Shown here one piece after another: positions 10,642-21,402 of a stretch of 64,000 nt of DNA. Source of the DNA: Vitrella brassicaformis CCMP3155 (lineage: Eukaryota; Protista; Chromerida); contig CDMY01000520.1 of assembly GCA_001179505.1 (NCBI GenBank), positions 62,001 to 126,000 on the forward strand, read 5' to 3'. The notes under the pieces were generated by a model. It made no database searches. It was not told the DNA's origin and worked only from the letters and a program-made list of their open reading frames with translations. The position numbers and the translations under genes are program-made. How positions within the stretch are numbered: position 1 is the first letter of the stretch; every line of letters begins with the position of its first letter.

Positions 10642-13600
10642 CTACTTTTCCATCATCTGTGCCCATCGGCCGTGCCAATAGAGGATTCCTCGCTGGTACT
10701 GCCACATGACACACCCCCAACAGTAGATATCAAGGACAATCGCGCCAACACTGAATCCGAGAGTCATTCCGACAAACGCTGCGTCGCTTTGGATATCCGC
10801 TTCTTTGCCTGTCGGCCCCCCATTCACCGATGAGGCGGAGAGTGAGGGCTCTTCAGAGTTGCTGTCAGCGTCGAATTGAGTCAAATCGTCGACCCCCAGG
10901 ACTATGAGCTCGCCCGTTCTTAGCTCGACTTGCAGCTCCACGCGAGATGGACTGTGTGCGTAAGAGAAAAGGTGCGTGTCTGTCTGTCTGTCTGTCTGTA
11001 CTGTGTGTAGTGTCCCATTTTGCCCACTCACGCATTGAAGATGAGGATGAGTTGGTGGGAGTTGAAGCTCGCCTCGGCCATGCCAGTCGACTGCACCCAG
11101 CCAGCCAGCCAGCCAGCCAGTCAAGGACGACCGCATGCTTTGTATGTGCGTCCAATCTGTGTCTGTCATGCTACGCACCGGGTGTCTCTCGGCCTTCTTC
11201 GACCACACCGGATCGCTCCACAGCATCGTGCCGTCTGGCCATTGGTAGCCCATGCGCACAGCATACTGGTCACCAACCGAGAGAGACGCATCTGCAGCAA
11301 CACACACACACACACACAGAGAGAGGCATGGTGCGGTGCATTGATGAAGGTATGTGTGTGACTCTGATCATTGCTGACCGCCCGGGCGTATGATGCGGTG
11401 GAACGCGATGTATGGCAGTCCCTCCAGACGTCTGACGTTCGTGAGGGTCAGCGAGCTATCATCGCCTAATGAACGCATGCATGTGAACACATTGGGACGC
11501 ACTCATCTGTCTGTCTGTCTGTCTGTGTGTCTGTGTGTCTGTCTGGATGCGACTCGATTGCCCACTGACTGAAGAAACGGGTGGCCTCGATTTCTGCAGA
11601 CAGCCACACAAGCAACGCCAGCTATGGATGGATGGATGGATGCAAACAAACGATGCTTTCAGTTACCCTCCATTCGGATGACGACTTCGGTGAAGGCGAA
11701 CTGGAGCAGCTGCTCAGTCCACTGAGGCAGGCCATCCTGGTCCTCGGCGAGCATGAGGACGCTTCTGGCGAAATCCGCCAAGCTGTCCTGATCGGTCAGC
11801 TCCGCCATCTGCTTCTTCAACTGGGACAACACGTCTGCATCACACACAGACACACACAAACCCACACAAACCCACACACGCACACACACACACACATGCA
11901 CACACACGGGGGAGGTGCATTCATGGGCGTGAGTGTGCATGCATTATTACGAACCAATCTCTGAGTTCGCGTCGCCGGCATGCCACAGGTTCTGCGCCCC
12001 TGCCGTGCCTCGGGCAAGCGTGCTCCACCGCACCAGCGAGTCTGCGATCAACGCAACCAGAACATGGCATTGCATCCATCCACTGATCTGGTCTTCGTTG
12101 GCTCCCTGATCCAGCTGGACACGAAGAGCTGCTGCCATTCTTGGCTGTGGTCTTGTCGCCATTTGGGGAGGTACGGTCTGCCGTCCCCACCTTTCTGCTT
12201 GACGAGACTTTTCATGGCCTTGTTGGTCCACTGCTGCCACTTGGCCACTGACGCCAGCAGCTTCCCCATGTTGGCCATACTCCGGTTGCCGATGTTGTCC
12301 ATCACGAGGAAGCCCTCCAACACCTTCATCTGGCCTGCAGTACACCAAACACCGAGACAGGCACACGGCCAATCCACACGATTGACTGCGTGCACGTATG
12401 CTTGAAGAATGCGGACAATCGGCGATAGGCATGCGCACGGCTAAAGGAAGTTCCCGTCAGCGCCTGCAACCACGCACGCACCAACTCTCAACGCATCTCC
12501 GACTATGACAAGGCCGTTGAGATGAGAGTTGCCCACCGTGGCCGACGAAGCCGCACACGCGGTCATCCAGAGCTGCACACACAAACACAAACACCAAAAC
12601 GGACAGACGTGCGTGTGCGAGCATGTGTCCGGGGCGATGGCGAGCCGTCAGATGACGGAGGACGCAAAGGCGATGGGAAGCCGTCTGCAACAGAACGCGA
12701 TGCGTCGACCACTGGGGCCGCCGCTGCGGCCGCTGCCGCATAGCCAAACGGCGATCGGTTCTCCGGCCTGGATACGCGCAACACACAGATAGACAGACAG
12801 CCAATGAGAGGAAGGAACAGAGGCAAGATCGTCTGTCTTCAGTCTTACTGTCTCAATATGGTGCCCGGTGGCTGGCCGTCATACCTGGCTACCGCGGAGA
12901 AACTGCACACGCAACACAAGCCAAATCAAACCATGCAGTGCCGCGTGGAGCACTGCGGGTCGGCTGCTCTTGCTGCCATGCACTGACCTCCCAGATGAGA
13001 CGATGTGGTGCACGTCGTACATCCGCCGCAACAGCGGGTCGTAGCTGCTGCTGCCATGGCAGTCGGTGAGTGCAAGAGACGAATATCGACGCCTTCTGCC
13101 TTCTGCTGCCTCTCTGCCGGCTTGCGAGCATCGCCAAAATAGTGGAAATCTTTCCTACGCTGATCCAAAGGAGCATCCATCCAATACAATTAATATGTGC
13201 GTACGTACGTTGGTCAGAGTGGCGGCCAGAGGCGAGAGGGTGTCATAGCGAATGGTCCGATCCTTGGCCGCCGACGACCCGCCAGATGAATTCCCTGAGC
13301 GGAGCGAGACAAGACGCACCGCTTTGTGTCAATGACAAGAGCCACGTATGTGTCTCTCCTGCCTACCTGCTGTGCTGGCCGCCTGCTGCTGCTGCGGCTG
13401 CTGGTTGTTGTGGTGGTTGTGGGGAGTGGAGAGACGGGTCACCTTCAGATCCTGAAAAACACAATACGCGGAGAAGTGTGTGTGTGGGCAAGTTGGGCGA
13501 TTGGGGGGGGTGTCCGTGCGTGATTCACCTGTGTGGTGCTTTCTTTGATAGCCTTCTGTGCGGCACCCCCGTTGAGCCAGAGGGCCGCGAGCACATCCGG

Positions 13601-13859
13601 ATGTCCGCCCGCCCTCAGCCGATACCAGTGCACCATGTGGCCGTACAGGTTGTTGACGTACCCCAGATACTTCGTGTTCGACTTGGCCCAGGACATCAAC
13701 TAAACCAACACACGCAGACAGCAGGACATCCTCCCTGCCGCCCTCACTGCATGGATGCATCCAGCTGACCACTTTCCTGAAGACCATCCAGGCGAACTTC
13801 TTGTTGGACGTCTTGGTCGGATCCATGGCCGTCTGCTTCTTGATGCCCTTGAGGCCCAT
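10642..13859 (-). CDS. Multi-exon hypothetical protein with a C-terminal hydrophobic segment (possibly two genes)
   Basis: Exon-like blocks MGLKGIKKQTAMDPTK..., LMSWAKSNTKYLGYVNNLY..., LWMTACAASS...GDALRV-AVRMPIAD, MKVLEGFLVMDNIG..., LSQLKKQMAELTDQDSL... and ...AAFVGMTLGFSVGAIVLDIYCWG...MMEK* have GT/AG flanks. No family recognised. Confidence 0.5.
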
Positions 13860-14202
13860 CTTGACACACAGCGCCGCCCGCCGGTGCGGGTCCAGTCAGT
13901 GCTACTCTACCAACACCATGTCATCCAATGACGTCATCTGCACCGGCACAGCGACGGACACCTGTGCAGATGCACTCCTTCGAATTCTGCCGTCACACGA
14001 AGGAGCATCTCGTTGCGAAATGGCGTGGATGCAACGCGGCCTCCACAGCCGGAGCGATGGCGGAAAGATATCGTCGGAGAAGACATTGTCGCAAAAATTG
14101 TCGCGGGTAAGCGTCTCATCCGTCTCGGATTTCTCGCCCCCCGGGCCAAACCCTACATCCTAAACCCTGCTCCACCTACCATCTTGTGCTGGCGCAGCTT
14201 GG

Positions 14203-14923
14203 ATGAGGCGTATGACCGCAGCCGCCTTGACCGCCAGCAGATGTGAGGTGGCCTTTCCCATGAGTGGCTACACAGCCGCAGCTGCGCGATGGTTGACATC
14301 GCCGGCAGGATGCATGAGGACAGATGCACCCGCCTCCCTCGCGGCGCTCGAGGATGAGATCATGGCTTCGCTGTCTCCCAAGAGGCGGAAGGTGTTTGGC
14401 CACGTGAGGACGTTCTTCAAGGCCAAGGGATACGGCTTCATCGGTGAGTCAAACGAGATGAGTGAGCAGAGATGATGACACACCAGCTGACTGACAGCGT
14501 GGCGTCGACTGTGCTGCTGTGTTCAGCGCCCGAGGGAGGCGGCCCTGACATTTATGTCCACCACACCGATATTGCAGCAACCGGTGGGGATAATGTCAAG
14601 TCATGGCGTCCCATTCAGTGCCTTACATGTCTGTGTGCTGGTTTCTTCAGCTGCATCGGTTGCGAGTGACCGTCGCAAGAGGCGGGCACGGCGCAAGCTC
14701 GAGTGGAAGGAGGGAGAGGACAAAGGTCAATCAGTCAGTCAGTCAGTGAGTCAGCCACCAAATGAACAGGTCAGTCACCTGAGGCTGCCGTGCCTGCGTA
14801 TGGATGCTTTGTGCAGGTGTGTATGTATTGCGGGTTGGCGAGCGAGTGCAGTTCGAGACGGTGTGGGACGATGCGGCCGCGAGGCCGAGAGCATCACTTG
14901 TGGAAACACTCATCGACCATTAG
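14203..14923 (+). CDS. Cold-shock domain (CSD, OB-fold) nucleic-acid-binding protein
   Basis: Spliced CSD reads KVFGHVRTFFKAKGYGFI-APEGGGPDIYVHHTDI (RNP1 KGYGFI, RNP2 IYVH), then a basic insert, then GVYVLRVGERVQFETVWDD..RPRASLV; TAG 14921-14923. The start codon is uncertain. Confidence 0.85.
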
Positions 14924-15033
14924 ACTAGCCCGCGACTGAGTGAGGCGGGTCACAGTACAGCGTAGAGAGGTCTCTTAGCGGTGTCAACCGTGCCGTCCAC
15001 ACCGATGCACAGCAGCACCAACAGCCTGTCAGA

Positions 15034-15097
15034 ATGAGCAAGACAGACGCGTAAGCCATACACACTAATCACACACACACACACACACAGAATGCAT

Positions 15098-15139
<42 letters not shown>

Positions 15140-15397
15140 TGTGATTAGTTTGCCAGGTGTGACGAAGGGCAATCAGCTCACTCTCGAGATACTCCCGGCT
15201 GACGACGGTACGTGACACGTGTGAAGCTGAAGCCAATGCACACACAACCGTCATTCCATGTGTGTGTTGTTGTGTGTTCCAGATGAGAATGAGGGTAGGG
15301 CAGAATTCAGACAGACCGACAGGCAGGCAGACAGGCAGACAGACAGACAGACGGAGAGATAGACAGCCAACCATCGGTGGACAGCTCACGAGTGCAC

Positions 15398-15429
<32 letters not shown>

Positions 15430-15916
15430 GTGTGTGTCTGTGTGTGTCTGTGTGTGTCTGTCACAGATTCGAGGATCTCGGTGGGTACACTTCACCATCA
15501 TTCGTGCGTGTGTACGTGTGATGCTTCACCTTCAGGTCCGGTCGCAACCAAGACGGCCGACTGACTACGTCAAGACACTCCCACTCACGCAGCCGTCGCA
15601 CCTCGGTGATGGACACAGCCACACGGGCAGCACACATGGATGGATGGATGGACTTGTGTGTGCCAGAGGCCGAACTGTCGTCTACGCCAAGATTCGGTGA
15701 GTTTTCAAGGAGAGACACACATCGATGGATGGATGGATGGATGAATGCTGCAGAGGAGAGTGCGTCGGTGACTAAGCGGAAATCGGCCGTCAGATCCAAA
15801 CAACGGTCAGTCAGTGAGTGACAGGTGGAAAGGGTGAGTACATGCACTGATGGCGCGTGTGTGTGCGCGTGACCTGTGTGTGCAGGCGTCTGGCTGTGCG
15901 GCAGAACCAAGAGTGA
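15034..15916 (+). CDS. Predicted 8-exon, 93-aa hypothetical protein with micro-exons
   Basis: Seven GT-AG introns give one phase-consistent ORF: MSKTDALPGVTKGNQLTLEILPADDENEDSRISVRSQPRR...KRKSAVRSKQRRLAVRQNQE*. Two internal exons are 12 and 14 nt. Confidence 0.55.
15064..15149. repeat. Inverted repeat (hairpin) filling an intron: ACTAATC(AC)n AG ... CT(GT)n GATTAGT around a (CT)n loop
   Basis: 15064-15090 is the reverse complement of 15121-15149 except for one extra GT unit. Confidence 0.85.
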
Positions 15917-16204
15917 CTCTGCGTCTGACATGCTGAACACTGACTCTTACTTCTGCATCAAACAAAGACCCGAAGATACTGACCGCCTCATAGAGTGGAA
16001 AATGGCCCGGACTGCCCGGCCAAAGCCTCTTTTCCAGTAGCTTGTAAACGGAGGGTCTGCTGCGAGCTAGCTCAAACAGTTTCACCATTTATGCCCTAGG
16101 CAAAAAAGGAAGGGATCCCTCTCCGCACCCAAACGCCCTCCACTGCTCACCCGCCGCACCGCCTCGTTGGATTTTCGGAGCACAGATCTCGGAGCACGCT
16201 TGAG

Positions 16205-19200
16205 ATGCCTGTGACGGAGAGTTCGTTCGAGAATGCCACTGGTTTTGACTACCTGCCGCCCAAGCAGGGTCTGTACGACCCCGCCTTCGAGAAGGATGCG
16301 TGCGGTGTGGGATTCGTCGCCGACCTCAAGAAGACACCCTCTCACCAGACCGTGAGGGACGCTCTGCATGTCCTCACACACCTGGACCACCGAGGGGCGT
16401 GCGGATGCGAGGAGGACACCGGAGATGGGGCAGGTGAGTCACTCGCCACATGCACTCACAGAGAGACATACACGCTCGACCGCAACTGAGGGCATCGCCA
16501 CTCTCTGTCTACTGTCTGTGTGTGTGATGGCGTCGTTGTGCAGGAATTTTGTGTGACATGCCCCACGACTTTTTCCGCAAGGTCGGCAAGGCCGAGTTCG
16601 GCGTGGATCTTGAGCCCTTCAAGTATGCCGTGGGCAACGTGTTCCTCTCGCGCGACGACGAGCAGCGTGCCGAGGCCAAGCAGCTGTTCGAGGACACTAC
16701 CAAGGAGCTGGCGCACAAGGGCATCGCCTTCCTCGGCTGGCGCACGCCGCCCTGCGACAACAGCGTGCCTGGCCCCACCGCCCGTAAGTTCGAGCCCATC
16801 ATCGAGCAGGCCTTCGTCATCACCACGCGCGACCTGACCAAGCAGGAGTTCGAGGCGGCCCTTTTCGTCCTGCGCAAGAAGACACAGAACGAGCTGGACA
16901 TCAACCGCGGCATCCCGTTCTACCCCTGCTCGCTCTCGTGTCGTGTCATCGTCTACAAGGGCATGCTCACCTCGCACCAGGTGCCCCAGTACTACCAGGA
17001 CCTCAACGATCCCGATTTCAAGGTAGGTCAGCACGGCATCCACTGCCCAGCCACACACCCATGGATGCACGTGTGCTGCCTGCCATGTCTGTCTGTCTGT
17101 GTGATGCATCCAGGCGTACGTGTCGCTGGTGCACTCTCGTTTTTCGACCAACACGTTCCCGGCCTGGAGTCGCGCGCACCCCTACCGCTACGTGTGCCAC
17201 AACGGCGAGATCAACAGTGTGCGCGGCAACATGAACTGGATGCGTGCTCGCGAGGGCGTCATGAGCTCCGAGGCCATGGGCAAGGAGCTCTACGACTGCT
17301 ACCCCATCGTCGAGTACGACCAGTCCGACTCGGGCCGCTTCGACAACGTGGTGGAGCTCCTGGTGCTCGCCGGCAAGCGCACGCTGCCCCAGGCACTCAC
17401 CATGATGGTGCCGGAGGCCTGGCAGAACCACGAGGAAGTCATGGAGAAGGAAAAGAGGGTCAGTCACCACACGCACACACACAGGCATCCATGAGGCCGT
17501 TGTCATGATCTCTCTTGTGTGTCTTGTCTTGTGTGTTTTGTGTGCTGCGCTGCAGGACTACTACAAGTTCATGTCGACGGTCATGGAGCCGTGGGACGGC
17601 CCTGCGCTGGTGGCCTTCACCGACGGCGATGTGGTGGGCGCCACACTCGACCGCAACGGACTGCGGCCGTGCCGCTTCTACGTCACCAACGACAACCGCA
17701 TCATCGGCGGCAGCGAGACGGGCGTCCTCCCTATCGACCCATCCACCGTCATCAAGAAGTGGCGACTGCAGCCTGGTCAGCAAGGACGAACACTCACTCA
17801 TGCGCCACTCACCCAGCACTTACTGTGTCGCTGCTCTCTGTGTGTGCATGTGTGTGTGCGCAGGCAAGATGTTTGTTGCCGACTTCAACGAGCACCGCAT
17901 CATCGATGACGGCGAGTTCAAGGGGAAGATCACCAGGGCACTGCCCTACTCGGACATGGTCGAGGAGCAGCAAATCACCATCGACAAGTGAGGAACCGAC
18001 CACACATCATCACACACACAGCCACAGCCACCACGTATGATCATGAATCATCTCCACCCTCATCTCATCTTCTACGTGTGTGCAGGATCCGCGGTCACCC
18101 CAAGGTCAAGGACACGACCGAGAGCCACCCCCGCAGCGACGCCATCGACCACCTCCGCGCTTTCGGCTTCACCTCCGAGGCGCTGGAGCTGCTCATCCTG
18201 CCGTGCGCCGCTGACGGCGTGGAGGCGCTCGGGTCGATGGGCAACGACGCCCCGCTGGCCTGCCTGTCGCAGAACCCCCGTTTCATGTACGACTACTTCC
18301 ACCAGCTGTTCGCTCAGGTGACCAACCCGCCCCTCGACCCCATCCGCGAGAGCGTGGTCATGTCGGTGTCGTGCTTCGTCGGCCCCGAGGTCAACCTGCT
18401 GTCGCCGTCCAAGCCTGACCACGCCCACCGGCTGTGGCTGCCCGACCCCACCCTCGACGAGGAGGAGATGGACGTCCTCAAAAACGTCAACTACAACGGA
18501 TGGAAGTCCAAGGTCAGTTGATGCACTCAGGGCGGGATGGATGGCAGGGAGGGAGGGAGGGAGTCAGAGACGATGCTGCTGCATCGGTGTGCCTCTCTCT
18601 GTGTGTGTCCGTGCAGGTGATTGACACGACTTATGAGAAGACCGAGGGCATCTCTGGTCTGCAGAACCACCTGGAGCGCATCTGCCGCGAGGCGAGTGCG
18701 GCGATCAAGGAGGGGTACCAGATCCTGATCCTCTCGGACCGCAAGACGGGCCCCGAGCGAGTCCACATGCCCGCTCTCCTCTGCTGTGGCGCGGTGCACC
18801 ACCACCTTGTCAACGAGAAGGACCGCCTCAAGGTATGTCGGCCACACACAACACACACATGTGACCGACCGTCATCCCCCTCACTCATCGTGTCGTGTGT
18901 GTGGTCGGCTGCTGGCTGCCAGGTCGCTTTGTTTGTCGAGAGTGGTGACTGCTACGAGGTGCACCACTTCTGCGTGTTGGCCGGGTTTGGTGCTGACGGT
19001 TGGTGCCCCTACATGGCGTACCAGGCCGTCTGGAAGCTGCGTGACGAGGGCAAGCTCAAGCCAGGGACGCCGTCGTCCGACTACGACCTGATCAAGAACT
19101 ACAAAAAGTCCATTGCCAAGGGCATCCTGAAGGTCATGGCCAAGATCGGCGTCTCCACCCTCCACTCGTACAAGGGCGCCCAGATCTTCGAGGCCGTCGG

Positions 19201-21367
19201 ACTCGCCGAGGAGGTCATCGACACGTGCTTCAAGAACACCGCATCACGCATCTCCGGTGAGCGAGGCAGTGACTGCATCGCATCACATATACACCGCCCA
19301 TTGCACCGGTGTCACTGTGTGTGTGTTTGTCTGTGTAAGGGTGTGGTTTCGAGAAGCTGGCGGCGGACTACATCCGTTTCCACGACCGCGGGTACCCGAA
19401 CTACATCCGTAAGGTGCAGATAGCGTCTCTGCCCAACACGGGGGACTACCACTACCGCAACCCCATCACCAACAGGGAGGCCGAGAAGCACCTGAACGAC
19501 CCCGACGTCATCGCCAACATCCAGGACGCCGCCAGGTCCAACTCGCGAAACGCATACCAGAAGTTCTCGGCCGTCCACAACAACATGGTCCGCGCCTGCA
19601 CTCTGAGGGGGCAGCTCGAGTTCCGCGAGCCCTGGGAGTTCGGCGGACAGGCCATCGACATCTCCGAGGTCGAGCCGGCCGCCAACATCGTCAAGCGTTT
19701 CAGGACTGGTGTGTAGTGCACACACACACACATGCACACACACAGGGAGGGAGGGAGGGAGGGAGGGAGAGAGGGAGGGAGGGAGGGAGGGGACGGATCG
19801 AGGGAGAGATGGTGAACTGAGCGTGCCTTTCTCCGTCTGTGTGGCGTGTCCAGGTGCGATGAGCTACGGCTCGATCTCTGCCGAGGCGCATGAGACGCTG
19901 GCAGTAGCCATGAACCGGCTGGGCGGCAAGTCCAACACGGGCGAGGGCGGCGAGGACGCATTCAGATGGGAGACCACATTCGACAACGGCGACTCAATGC
20001 GCTCGTCCATCAAGCAGGTGGCGTCCGGCCGCTTCGGCGTGACCATCGAGTACCTGACCAACTCTGACGAGACGCAGATCAAGATGGCCCAGGGCGCCAA
20101 GCCGGGAGAGGGCGGCGAGCTGCCCGGCTACAAGGTCTTCGACAACATCGCCAAGACACGGCACTCCACCCCCGGCGTGGGCCTGATCTCCCCCCCTCCC
20201 CACCACGACATCTACTCCATCGAGGACCTGGCCCAGCTTATCTACGACCTCAAGAACGTCAACTCGGCGGGCAACGTGTCCGTCAAGCTCGTGTCGGAGG
20301 CGGGTGTGGGCGTGGTGGCGGCCGGCGTGGCCAAGGGCAAGTCGGACCACATCCTCGTGTCGGGCTATGATGGCGGCACCGGTGCGTCCAGGTGGACGGG
20401 CATCAAGCACGCAGGCCTCCCGTGGGAGCTGGGCATCGCCGAGACCCACCAGACCCTCGTCCTCAACGGCCTCCGCGGGCGCGTGTCGCTCGAGACGGAT
20501 GGCAACATCCGCAACGGGCGTGACGTGGTCATGGCGGCGCTGCTGGGGGCCGAGGAGATGGGCACGGCCACGGCACCGCTGATCGCCATGGGGTGCATCA
20601 TGATGCGCAAGTGTCACCTCAACACATGCCCCGTCGGCATCGCCACACAGGACGTCGAACTGCGCAAGAAGTTCGAGGGCAAGCCCGAGCACGTCGTCAA
20701 CTACCTCATGCTGGTCGCTGAGGAAGCGCGCACCATCCTCGCCAGGCTGGGCTTCAGGACATTCGACGAGGCCGTCGGTGAGTCAACGCCACGGACACAT
20801 AGACAGAAGGGAGAAGCATGTGTGTGCATATGGCTACGTGTGATGTGATGTGTTGTGTTGGTCCATGCAGGTCGTGCGGACTGCCTGCGCATGAGTCCGG
20901 CGCTGCGTGATTTCCTGCACAGCCAGGGCCGGTTCATCGACCTGTCGGCCGTCATCGAGCCCGCACACCTGATGGAGGGCGCCGGCGAGATCGGCCAGAT
21001 CGAGAACCACAAACTCTATCCACAGGTGCGCGCAACACCATTCACTCACATGGGATGATGGCTGTGTGTGTGTGGGTGTGTGTTTGTGGGTGTCTGTCAG
21101 AACCACAACCTTGACGCAGTGATGGATCGCAGGCTGATCGACATGTGCGCCGCGACGTTCGCCGACCCCTCAGTGCCCACCAAGATCGAGTTGGATGTGA
21201 CCAACGTGGACCGGTCGGTGGGCACGATGCTGAGCAACTTCCTGTGCAAGAAGTTCGGCCCGTCGGCCCTGAAGGAAGACACGATCCACATCAAGCTGAA
21301 TGGCAACGCCGGCCAGTCGGTGGGCGCCTTCCTCATGACCGGCATCACCATCGAGGTCGAGGGCGAC

Positions 21368-21402
<35 letters not shown>

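Noticed and set aside
15807-16088. Minus-strand ORF MVKLFELARS... divergent from GOGAT
   Set aside because: No family motif and no convincing downstream minus-strand exons; the plus-strand micro-exon model explains the adjoining sequence better.
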